Shown: piece after piece, positions 1-8,347 of the stretch
Layout: each line of letters begins with the position of its first letter
Numbering within the stretch: position 1 is the stretch's first letter
Virus record (IMG/VR): IMGVR_UViG_3300000976_000137
Location: 1 to 50,995 of that record
DNA: 50,995 nt
Source of the DNA: a virus
Reading direction: 5' to 3' (one strand)
Notes under the pieces: model-generated
The model's database searches: none
What the model was told of the DNA's origin: nothing
Seen by the model: the letters and a program-made list of their open reading frames with translations, nothing else
Made by a program: the position numbers and the translations under genes

Positions 1-49
1 AAAAAATAGTCCTTACCGTGTTGTCGCTTGCGCTCCTGCCCGAACCATA
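1..49. repeat. 49-nt terminal redundancy, identical to 50947..50995 (circular-contig overlap)
   Basis: Letter-for-letter identity of 'aaaaaatagtccttaccgtgttgtcgcttgcgctcctgcccgaaccata' at both ends of the window. Confidence 0.9.
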
Positions 50-153
50 AGCACGATTTTTCCCTCCATTCTCACCCCCATTCTCGCCGAAGGGCAGAAG
101 GATAAAGCGCATTTAGTGCTTTTATCCTTCAACCCCAACAAAGGAGCGAAAAA

Positions 154-462
154 ATGCAGGAAGTGACCACCACAGACTTTTCCCGTTTCGGTTATCGAGA
201 AAGAGAGATGGCAGAAGAATTACTCAAAGCATGGCGAGAACAGGGACTACCCGAAGATTTTGATAATGATTCAGTCGTTATTATGATGAATTTCTATTCT
301 GGCAATGTGTTTTTAACCAATGCTGATTACCAAGTGGCAATGATGAATGGTGACACATTAGAGAGCTTCTATACCGATTTTGAAACAGGAGAAGAAGGAT
401 TCAAAGAGGAATTAAGCGAAGAAGCCTTAACACGGCCTGGAATTAATGAAAGTGAGGAATAG
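154..462 (+). CDS. hypothetical small acidic protein
   Basis: 102-aa ORF. AGGAG lies about 8 nt upstream of the ATG. D/E-rich. Overlaps the next ORF by 17 nt. No family recognised. Confidence 0.55.
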   Translation: MQEVTTTDFSRFGYREREMAEELLKAWREQGLPEDFDNDSVVIMMNFYSGNVFLTNADYQVAMMNGDTLESFYTDFETGEEGFKEELSEEALTRPGINESEE

Positions 463-832
463 AGCAATGAATAATGATAATATCAACATTCTTAAAAATG
501 AACTGAAACAATTTACAGGAAGTGAAAACTGTTATCAGAATCCACTCTTTAGAGGTTATGTCTATACGGAAGGGGTGAAACATCTGGCAAAACAGGCAGA
601 GGCTTATTGGCTCATTGATTACGTTCTTTCCCATCAGTTAGACCCGAAAGTGAAGGTATATCCCTTTCAAACATGGAAGCTAATAACACAAGATAATAGT
701 GCAACCGTTACCGTAGAAGATGGTAATAAGAACGAAATTGCCAGTTTTACCATTGGCTATACAGATTTTCCATTAGAGGAAATCACTCTTTGGCTAGTGG
801 ATAAAACGTTGCTTTTACCATCAGAATATTAA
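446..832 (+). CDS. DUF6876-like plasmid protein
   Basis: 128 aa. 'NPLFRGYVYTEGVKHLAKQAEAYWLIDYV' and the C-terminal 'LLLPSEY' resemble DUF6876-type proteins as I recall them. Clear paralog of 27926..28303. Confidence 0.65.
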   Translation: MKVRNRAMNNDNINILKNELKQFTGSENCYQNPLFRGYVYTEGVKHLAKQAEAYWLIDYVLSHQLDPKVKVYPFQTWKLITQDNSATVTVEDGNKNEIASFTIGYTDFPLEEITLWLVDKTLLLPSEY

Positions 833-857
833 ACCGATAGGATAGGGGAGAGTCACC

Positions 858-1151
858 ATGAAAAAGTTAGTCTTACCTTGGCAGGGCATGAATATCAAAA
901 TCACTTATGAGTCAGATTATAGTCAAGCGGTTAAAACCATACAAGGCTACCAATTGGCGCATATTGAAGTTAGGCATGATTCTCCCCTACCGATTACCGA
1001 AACAGGCTATAGGAGTCTCTTTTTACCCGATAAGGAGGTGCAGGAAGCAGGAGGAGTCATAAAGCTTATTCGTGCTGAATTGGATAGAGCCGCCCAATCA
1101 AAAGAATGGAAACAATATAAAGCGAGACAAAGCCAATTGAAGCTATTCTAA
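858..1151 (+). CDS. hypothetical protein
   Basis: 97-aa ORF with GGGGAG upstream of the ATG, co-oriented with its neighbours. No family recognised. Confidence 0.55.
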   Translation: MKKLVLPWQGMNIKITYESDYSQAVKTIQGYQLAHIEVRHDSPLPITETGYRSLFLPDKEVQEAGGVIKLIRAELDRAAQSKEWKQYKARQSQLKLF

Positions 1152-1173
1152 AATCTTTAGTGATGCTAAAAAA

Positions 1174-1216
1174 ATACAGAAGAATACAGCAATTTGCTGT
1201 ATTTTGCTTTTGTATT
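1174..1216. repeat. TACAG/CTGTA motif cluster A, including the 21-bp near-palindrome AATACAGCAATTTGCTGTATT (1183..1203)
   Basis: The palindrome is the reverse complement of the one at 46580..46600. TACAG half-sites lie 10 bp apart. Confidence 0.75.
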
Positions 1217-1288
1217 ACTAGCGCCAATCTTGTAAATGTGAAAAGTGTTCTTTATTGATGTGTTTAAATCAGAATAGGAGAAGAAGCA

Positions 1289-1663
1289 TTGACTGACGTT
1301 ATTTCAATGATAGATGGGAAAAAACTTTATCAGCCTTTTGAGGAATTTGATAATAAGAAGCTATCGTATTTTGAGTTATTTAATCATGATTTCTCAGAAG
1401 AAAAACCTAGGAAATTTGGTATAAAATACAAGAATTTGATTATGACCAGACTTTATCCTTTGTCGGGTAGTGATGGAGATTCTTGTTTGCTTATTCAGAT
1501 TTTTGGTCAAAATGAGCTAATGCTTAAAGGTTATAATTTAGATAGGTTAGCAACTCTATTTCTTAATGATAACTTGAAAGTAGCTTATAGTTTCAATCCT
1601 AACACGCATTATTTATTAGGTGATATTGAAGAAGAAATTGTCATAAAGAAAATTGAAGAATGA
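1289..1663 (+). CDS. hypothetical protein (TTG start in the ORF track)
   Basis: 124-aa ORF with AGGAGA upstream, followed by a hairpin terminator. More AT-rich than its neighbours. Confidence 0.5.
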   Translation: MTDVISMIDGKKLYQPFEEFDNKKLSYFELFNHDFSEEKPRKFGIKYKNLIMTRLYPLSGSDGDSCLLIQIFGQNELMLKGYNLDRLATLFLNDNLKVAYSFNPNTHYLLGDIEEEIVIKKIEE

Positions 1664-1666
1664 GAG

Positions 1667-1696
1667 AAGGGGCGAAAGTCCCCTTTCTTATTTTTT
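1667..1696 (+). terminator. hairpin plus T-tract between convergent genes
   Basis: 'aagggg' (1667..1672) pairs with 'cccctt' (1680..1685) around the loop 'cgaaagt'. The hairpin is followed by 'tcttatttttt'. Confidence 0.55.
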
Positions 1697-2107
1697 GCTA
1701 TCCTCTTCGTCTTCAATCTCGATGCGGCTAATGTAAAGTTCATCCTCGTTGAACCTTTTTTCTATATCGGCTGGATATTCCCTTATTTCGCTGATTTTAA
1801 CCCGTAGCAAATGCTTGTGCAATTCTCTTAAATTCCTGCCTGTAATGGTAATGAGTGAGGTATAATCGAAGCGTATTACAATAGCGTGTGGTTCCCGATT
1901 AAACCAAATCCGCTTAATGGACGGAATGGGCAACGCTGTTTCATTGCCATCTTTGGGGCAGATATTGAGAAAATCAGGAGTTGCCCCATTCTGCCGAATG
2001 AGTGTATAAAAAGGAGCATCTTCCGTAATTTCTTCGGTTCTATTATTTGCTCTAGTGCTAACGGTTGGTTGCCAGCTTTTTGTTTTAAGGTTATCCTGTT
2101 GTGTCAT
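1688..2107 (-). CDS. hypothetical protein, translationally coupled to the relaxase
   Basis: 139-aa ORF. Its ATG overlaps the relaxase TGA (ATGA at 2104..2107). Confidence 0.6.
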   Translation of the reverse strand: MTQQDNLKTKSWQPTVSTRANNRTEEITEDAPFYTLIRQNGATPDFLNICPKDGNETALPIPSIKRIWFNREPHAIVIRFDYTSLITITGRNLRELHKHLLRVKISEIREYPADIEKRFNEDELYISRIEIEDEEDSKK

Positions 2108-4839
2108 AAACTATGTGTTTTTGAATGTTGATTTTGTTTTGCTTTGACTGCCGCAGCATTAGCTGACTTAGCTTGACGCTTATGTTTTGCACGAATGGCA
2201 TTTTCTACTGTGTCTTGATGATAGACCACTTCTCTTGCAGTCATGCGTTTGCCACTTTTCTTAACTCCTCGTTCTAAAGCGAGTTTGTCATCCGTAAAGA
2301 TAGTAGCTCGTTCTCTTGCTCGGCTGATGCTAACATAGAACTGTTCGGTACTGGCTGCTGGGAGCGATTGGCTAGATTGGGCAATAAAGACCCTATCGAC
2401 CGTTTTACCCTGCGAAGAGTGGGAAGTAGTGGTATAGCCATAAGCAAGATGCCCAAAGCCTTTATCCAGCACCTTACCTGTATGTAATTTGATATGCCCC
2501 TGCTTGGTGAATCCTTTGATGGTGAAAGTATCGCCATTATGGATACGTGTACCCTCACGAGTTTTGCCGCCCTTGGTAATGCGTATCTTTTCACCTTTAG
2601 CAAGCTGTAGCTCCTGTTTCTGATAGACGGTGAAGCGGTTGGCATGGCGCAATCCTAACTGATTGGAATTTCCCTCTTCCTTTCCTTCTTTCTGTGCCGA
2701 TAGGACATGAAGGTTTAAAGATTGTTCAGCGTCCAGATTCCACCTTTCGCCCTTCTTATGTCCTTGGCTATTTTGATGAAACTCGACCATTAATTTTTGT
2801 GGATGGTCGTGGTAATGGCGAATATCGCCTTTATTTTCCTCTGTCCAATTAGTCGTTTTCAGTTGTGTAAAAATACGTTCTTGCTTATCGAGCGTTCCCA
2901 ATTCTTTTAGCTCATGGCGTAAGGCAGTCGTAACTTGCTTGCCCTCTCGGTGAGTAGGAGAGACAATCAAAGCGGTTTTCTTTTGCTTGGCAGCGAGGAC
3001 ATAGCTTTGTACCAAAGCTTGCTGTCGATGTTCCTGATTCTTCAATTCAACCACGCCTCCCATTTTATCTAAATCATAAAGTGCTTTATCTGCTTCGCCT
3101 TTGGCAGCTAATGCCACAATCTTTTTAAATTGTGGACTGTTCCTTTGGCGTTGAATTTCATTAACACGAGCCACTTTGATACCGCCTTCCTGTTCAAGAA
3201 TCCGTAGTGCATCACCAGCCGCAACCGAGGAATGTTGATTTATATCGCCAGTCATTAATATGCGAGCCTCTTGCTGTTTTGCAACCTTAAATAGTTTATT
3301 CATGTCCTTGACACCAATCAAGCCAGCTTCATCAACCCAAATCACTCCCTTGTTAGTTTTCTGCTGGAATTCTTCATCAACCAATAACCGAGCCAGCGTA
3401 TCGGAATCTTTAAAACCTTCGGAGCGCATTACGCCCCGACTCGCTGCGGCAGAAGGAGCAACACCTATAAAGGGAATGTTACTTTCTTCAATGCCATCTC
3501 TGATTTCTTTAACGAGAGTGGTTTTTCCCACTCCAGCTCCTCCAGATACTATGGTCACATTATTGGTATCTTTCAAAGCATGGAAAATGGCAGCGACTTG
3601 TTCCCTGTTCAGATAATCAGCTTTAGGTTGATAGAAAGGATTAATCGGGGCTTTAGTGCCTTTGCCTTCTCGCATATAAGCAAGCATTTGATTCTCTGCT
3701 TGGAGCGCATCATCTGTCGTTAGGTAATTTTGATAATCCTTTTTCTGTTTATAGAATTTTTGACGACTAATAGCACCGTCCAATTGTTCGGGCAGTACAT
3801 CGCCATAACTCCGTTTTAGCGTCTCAGCCTTTAACTGGTACTCTTTGACGACCGACTTCCTTTCAAATAAATGATGAGTCGCCGAACTTAACGCCCCATC
3901 AACCAATACGTCTTTTTTCTTTTCACGGTCAAAAGTAGCCGAAGGCTGCGCTGCTTGTCGAATGGCTTCACTCTCCGCATCGGAAAGCCACCCCTCCCAA
4001 ACCTTTTGTAATTTCTCCCAACTCAATTTCTTTTCTTTTTTGGAACGGGTTAAAGCCCCTAGCTTATCCTTTTGTTTTGCAGTTAGTGACTCACCTTTAT
4101 TTTTAGCCGCTGCTTCGACTTCCGCAGTACGACGAGAAAATTTAGAAAGGGTAGGGGAGTCTATGCCCGATAGCTCATAACTATAACCTCGCTTATCAAT
4201 GCCATAGCCGAGGGATTTCATTTTGTTTGCCATACGAGCATTAAAAGCAGTTTCGTAATAAGGCGCAGTTTTTTTAAGCATTCCAAACTCCCCAGCTTGG
4301 AATCTTTTTTTATCCTCATTCCAAGTGGTATTCATCACAAAACAATGGCTATGTAAATGAGGGTCAGGGATGCCGTCAACAGGTCGGCTGGTTTTATGGG
4401 TGAAGCTCGCCCACACCATATTTCCCGTTAGCTTATGCTCTTTCTCTTTTCCCTGCCCCGTTTGGGTGCGCATGTCCTTTTCCATTTCTTGCATGGTGGA
4501 TTGCACCGCTCCTTGAAAGGCTTCCAAAATCCGTTCATCCTTATTGATGGCATAAGCAACGGAAACAGACTTTGGAACAGAGAACGTAAAATCATAGCCG
4601 ACCTTTCGAGTTTTGCTATGACGAGGATTAAGCTTTGAGCCATCTGGTTTTTGGTTATTGATGAGTGCGGCAAAATCTTTGGTGGCCACTTCTCCAGAAA
4701 GCCCTAAACGCTCGGCAGCCTTCCCGCCCCATCTCCCAATTGAATCCTCCCCTGTGGCATAATAATCGCCTTTGGTCAGTCCCTCCGAGAAATAGCTCAT
4801 TGCTCCTGCGGCACTCTTGCTTTGAGTTATTCGTAACAT
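2104..4839 (-). CDS. MOBF-type conjugative relaxase (TrwC/TraI-like) fused to a RecD-like helicase
   Basis: 911 aa. N-terminus 'MLRITQSKSAAGAMSYFSEGLTKGDYY' with candidate catalytic Tyr residues. His cluster 'DPHLHSHCFVMN'. Helicase Walker A 'GGAGVGKTT', Walker B 'VIWVDEAGLI', and late motif 'TSHSSQGKTVDRVFI'. Confidence 0.9.
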   Translation of the reverse strand: MLRITQSKSAAGAMSYFSEGLTKGDYYATGEDSIGRWGGKAAERLGLSGEVATKDFAALINNQKPDGSKLNPRHSKTRKVGYDFTFSVPKSVSVAYAINKDERILEAFQGAVQSTMQEMEKDMRTQTGQGKEKEHKLTGNMVWASFTHKTSRPVDGIPDPHLHSHCFVMNTTWNEDKKRFQAGEFGMLKKTAPYYETAFNARMANKMKSLGYGIDKRGYSYELSGIDSPTLSKFSRRTAEVEAAAKNKGESLTAKQKDKLGALTRSKKEKKLSWEKLQKVWEGWLSDAESEAIRQAAQPSATFDREKKKDVLVDGALSSATHHLFERKSVVKEYQLKAETLKRSYGDVLPEQLDGAISRQKFYKQKKDYQNYLTTDDALQAENQMLAYMREGKGTKAPINPFYQPKADYLNREQVAAIFHALKDTNNVTIVSGGAGVGKTTLVKEIRDGIEESNIPFIGVAPSAAASRGVMRSEGFKDSDTLARLLVDEEFQQKTNKGVIWVDEAGLIGVKDMNKLFKVAKQQEARILMTGDINQHSSVAAGDALRILEQEGGIKVARVNEIQRQRNSPQFKKIVALAAKGEADKALYDLDKMGGVVELKNQEHRQQALVQSYVLAAKQKKTALIVSPTHREGKQVTTALRHELKELGTLDKQERIFTQLKTTNWTEENKGDIRHYHDHPQKLMVEFHQNSQGHKKGERWNLDAEQSLNLHVLSAQKEGKEEGNSNQLGLRHANRFTVYQKQELQLAKGEKIRITKGGKTREGTRIHNGDTFTIKGFTKQGHIKLHTGKVLDKGFGHLAYGYTTTSHSSQGKTVDRVFIAQSSQSLPAASTEQFYVSISRARERATIFTDDKLALERGVKKSGKRMTAREVVYHQDTVENAIRAKHKRQAKSANAAAVKAKQNQHSKTHSL

Positions 4840-4997
4840 GATGATGTAAGTATTTTAAGTATGGCTTTTCTCCTTTAGGTCGAAAGTCATGTTGAAAAAT
4901 TATAAAAGGCAGACATCTCGTCTAAGACATGCTTATGACCGTAAATGCCCCCCATGACAGCTTGATGACAGCGCATGGGAAAGAGTCGAAAATTCCC

Positions 4998-5034
4998 ATA
5001 AAAAAAGGAGCTGTGTCCTAATCAACACAGCCCC
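4998..5034 (-). terminator. rho-independent terminator ending the 10513->5076 operon
   Basis: A 10-bp stem (5007..5016 with 5025..5034, one mismatch). On the minus strand it is followed by 'cctttttttat'. Confidence 0.6.
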
Positions 5035-5075
5035 ATTTTTAGGCTAGAATGGTTATTCCTAAAAAATAGCCCTGC

Positions 5076-5540
5076 CTATTCTATCTTCTCAATAGGTTCT
5101 AATTCTTCGTGATAAAGCCATTCTACACAATGCTTGAGTTCGACAATATCCCATTGCTCAAAGGGAAGTTGCACCGTCCAAAAGACAAGTTCTTTTAGCT
5201 TGATGCGCATTTGTTTTCTTGCCTCCTTGGTATCGAGCTTACCTTCTTCATGCAGAACGAAATAGCAATCAGCCATCAATTTGCAAAGATCACGAATGCG
5301 CTCAATGTCGCTTTCTAAATCCTGATGCTGCACAATCTCAGTACAGATTCTTTCTACCATTTCGGTAGAAAGTTTGGTTTGATCGCCATCAATAATATGA
5401 CGAGCTAATTGACACATAGCGGCAAGATTTCCCTTGCTGGCTGATTCCCTAATAGGCAGTAATTCGGCACTAACAATAATATTTTCAAACATCCTTTTTC
5501 CTCCATTTATACTCTTTCTATTATAGCATAAAACAATCAT
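5076..5540 (-). CDS. hypothetical protein
   Basis: 154-aa ORF whose start overlaps the upstream stop (ATGA). An internal Met at 5492 ('MFENII') preceded by GGAGGAAAAAGG is the more likely start. Confidence 0.55.
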   Translation of the reverse strand: MIVLCYNRKSINGGKRMFENIIVSAELLPIRESASKGNLAAMCQLARHIIDGDQTKLSTEMVERICTEIVQHQDLESDIERIRDLCKLMADCYFVLHEEGKLDTKEARKQMRIKLKELVFWTVQLPFEQWDIVELKHCVEWLYHEELEPIEKIE

Positions 5541-5944
5541 AAACTCCTGCCTTTTCCTTTTGATTTACCACGAGATTTTTGAGGAATACTTTTGGGGCGA
5601 TAACTGCCAGAACTTGAATTAGAACTAGGAGTATCCATTTTTTTACCTTTTTTTGCCATTGTAACCCCATTGGCTTTTAATGTTTCTCGAATGCCTGCTG
5701 CATCGACTTGTTGCTTTGCTTTTTGCATATTACTATTAGCGACTGCTGGTTTTTGCTTTGCTATAGCTTGCTTGATTTTGGCATTTTTGACTTGCTGAGG
5801 ATACTGATTTGCTGGTTTTTGGGGAGGGGCTTTTTGAGGTTGTTTTTGCTGCTTCAACATACGTTGCCGCAATTTTTGCAGTTGAGAATTTATCCATTTC
5901 ATGGTTTGAGAATTTAAAGGATGCTGAATGATTTCAGCATCCAT
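5537..5944 (-). CDS. hypothetical basic K/Q-rich protein
   Basis: 135-aa low-complexity Lys/Gln/Pro-rich ORF in the coupling-protein operon. A DNA-binding accessory role is only a guess. Confidence 0.5.
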   Translation of the reverse strand: MDAEIIQHPLNSQTMKWINSQLQKLRQRMLKQQKQPQKAPPQKPANQYPQQVKNAKIKQAIAKQKPAVANSNMQKAKQQVDAAGIRETLKANGVTMAKKGKKMDTPSSNSSSGSYRPKSIPQKSRGKSKGKGRSL

Positions 5945-5975
5945 GAATGTAAATAAGAAGGATTAGAAGTGGGAT

Positions 5976-6710
5976 TTAATCCTGAATCGTATAGTCGTTT
6001 TGAGGTTTTCTCTGCCGCTTTGGTTGGGACATTCTACCTAAAGTTTTACTCTCTTTTGCTGTATGTGCCATCATTGCACTATTAGCAAAAGCATTCCATG
6101 TTGCCCAATTATAAGAGGCTACAGCAATGAAGAGGAAATAGCTATAAGTGCTATATCCCATATCGCCGATTTTCCATGCTAGGCAGAGGAGTAAAAATGG
6201 TTCCCAATATTTCATCCACCTATTTTCATTTAACTTCCAATAGGTTTTAGGTTCACTTTCATGGTCAATTAGCTTTAAAAGGCGCATCCACCAGCGTAAG
6301 AAAAACCAATAAATCACACTATCGCCAATGGATATTCTTAAATCTCCTTTACCAAATTGTATTTTTTGCCAACTCCATGTCGCATGGATGAACATAAAAA
6401 CGCCAAAGATTTTACCATGTAGAAATACCCAATCTGCGCTGAAAATGAGTCCTTGAGATTCAGCTACGGAACTCTCCCAATTGAACGTTGCTATAAAGAA
6501 AAAAGCAGTAGAATAGGAGAACCCAAATAGCCAATCTGTCATTGAAAATAACTTGTGTCCAATATTGAATCGGAGAAATGAAGCGATAAACCAAACATTG
6601 GCACTTCTTAAAACTTTAAATAAAGCATAGAGATAGCCATAATTTCCTCGTGATGCCTTATTAGCAATATCATCAAATAAGGTATCACTAAGTCTTCGTT
6701 GTTCTTGCAT
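5976..6710 (-). CDS. Trp-rich multi-pass membrane protein, unknown function
   Basis: 244 aa with several hydrophobic segments, in the coupling-protein operon. Confidence 0.6.
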   Translation of the reverse strand: MQEQRRLSDTLFDDIANKASRGNYGYLYALFKVLRSANVWFIASFLRFNIGHKLFSMTDWLFGFSYSTAFFFIATFNWESSVAESQGLIFSADWVFLHGKIFGVFMFIHATWSWQKIQFGKGDLRISIGDSVIYWFFLRWWMRLLKLIDHESEPKTYWKLNENRWMKYWEPFLLLCLAWKIGDMGYSTYSYFLFIAVASYNWATWNAFANSAMMAHTAKESKTLGRMSQPKRQRKPQNDYTIQD

Positions 6711-6789
6711 AATTTTAAATATTGTTCCCTTTCATTCTTACTTCTTAAAAGAAAAGAGTCGATTGAATGAGTGAGAGGATGAAAATAGA

Positions 6790-8253
6790 TTAAGATTTAA
6801 ACCAGGGTTGTTTTAAAGTCAGTTTCAAATAATTTTGACCATTGGAAAACCGTTTTCCCGTACCTGTTACAATAGCATCGACTATGCCTTTATGTTGTTT
6901 TCCTCCACGTCGAAACATAGAAAATTCTCTGGGCATGACGATGTAATGATAACTTTCTGAATGTCCTGCACTTGCTTTAAATTGCGACATATCAACCGAA
7001 CCAGAACCTAGAGAATGAATCCCCATGCCAATCGTTTTACTGGCAAATTCATTATTGATATAGTTATTTTGCGGTAAAAAGAACTTATGATTAGAAAGTG
7101 CAAAAAGGGCATTCACCTTTTCTTCTGCTGCTTTTCCTGTTCCTCCCATTTGGGCAAAAAGCGCACTAATATTTTGTGTCATCAAAATGCACCCTGCTCT
7201 CGACGAACGAGCAGTTGATAAAAATAACATATCATAGTTGTTAATGTAATGCTGATATTCATCCAAAAAAAGAATGACAGGATTAGGGCATTCATTCAAA
7301 TTTCGTGCTTCAATTTTCTTCTGTAAAATGTATTTGAACATCATTTGCGCCACTTTACCGCTATACTCATATTGCTGTATCGGTAGGTTTAATATCAATA
7401 TTTCTCCTTTCAATATGCCATCTAGGTCTAAGTTCGTACCACCACAAAAAATATTACTTAGCATGGGTGAGTTGATAAAAGGCTCTAAGATGGCACTTGT
7501 TAGACTCAAAATAGAGGACTGAGTACGGTCAGCCATAAAAGGTACTTCACGCACAAAGTAATTTTCTAAAAGCTTAAATTGGGGATGGTCTTCCCTTAAA
7601 TTTTCATGGGCTTTATTAAGCATTTGCCAGCAGAAAGAAGTTTTTTGCCAATCTTCATCTTCCAATTGTTCAGGCATTTGAGGGGCGCTACTATGAATTT
7701 TATGAAGTGTATGAATGTTAAGTTCTTCCCCTGATACCTGATTTAGCAAAATTAAACGATGCAATCTTTGGCGTTTAGCTTGTTCCCAATATTGCTCTGA
7801 ATCTTTTTTTGAACCTCCACCAAGTGATAAACCCGAAATGGTCATTAAGGCATCAACAGCTGTAATCGCCTCTTTTCCTTGATAATGATTCAGTAAATTG
7901 AAAACATCCTTATCGGTACTATTGACAATACGAATATCTTTCTCTCGTCCTTGTTTCTTTGCCCAACTCACAAATAAATCTAAATCGCTGGTTTTGTAGA
8001 GAAAAAATACCATACCGACCCTATCTTTTTCTGGTAGATGGTGAGCTTTTAGTAAATGGTTGACAAGATAATAAGCTAGTGTTGAGGTTTTGCCTGCTCC
8101 TGTAGAGCCTGTGACCAAAATATGCTCAAAAAAATCTTTCAATAATAGGTGGTCGTCTAAATGTTTGCTTCCCGTCAAATTGAGAATCGACCGTTCCATA
8201 TCTAATTTGGGCGGTGATACACCCAAATTGATAGCTTTTTTTAGAAAATTCAT
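6790..8253 (-). CDS. type IV coupling protein-like ATPase (VirD4/TraD/TraG family)
   Basis: 487 aa. Walker A 'GSTGAGKTS' and Walker B-like 'VILFLDEYQ'. Size and context fit a T4CP. No obvious N-terminal TM segments. Confidence 0.75.
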   Translation of the reverse strand: MNFLKKAINLGVSPPKLDMERSILNLTGSKHLDDHLLLKDFFEHILVTGSTGAGKTSTLAYYLVNHLLKAHHLPEKDRVGMVFFLYKTSDLDLFVSWAKKQGREKDIRIVNSTDKDVFNLLNHYQGKEAITAVDALMTISGLSLGGGSKKDSEQYWEQAKRQRLHRLILLNQVSGEELNIHTLHKIHSSAPQMPEQLEDEDWQKTSFCWQMLNKAHENLREDHPQFKLLENYFVREVPFMADRTQSSILSLTSAILEPFINSPMLSNIFCGGTNLDLDGILKGEILILNLPIQQYEYSGKVAQMMFKYILQKKIEARNLNECPNPVILFLDEYQHYINNYDMLFLSTARSSRAGCILMTQNISALFAQMGGTGKAAEEKVNALFALSNHKFFLPQNNYINNEFASKTIGMGIHSLGSGSVDMSQFKASAGHSESYHYIVMPREFSMFRRGGKQHKGIVDAIVTGTGKRFSNGQNYLKLTLKQPWFKS

Positions 8254-8347
8254 TTCTTTATTTTAAATTAATTAGAAATATTTCTGATTAGAAATATGAG
8301 ATATGACTAAAAACATAACTCTCTAGCCATATCTCATAGGGTAGGGG

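Noticed and set aside
18-34. 'ccgtgttgtcgcttgcg' resembles the R388-type nic core (GTATTGTCTAT) as I recall it; considered as oriT in the junction intergenic region
   Set aside because: Only about 8 of 11 positions match a sequence recalled from memory. There is no adjacent inverted repeat in the position a TrwC-type site would need. It is kept only as an alternative to test (see the oriT finding).
2274-4673. ORFs 2274..2645, 3260..3616, 3962..4180, 4428..4673 and 4435..4638 inside or antisense to the relaxase gene
   Set aside because: They are fully nested in a 911-aa CDS with clear relaxase and helicase motifs. Their translations are low-complexity with no motifs, so they are treated as frame-shadow ORFs.
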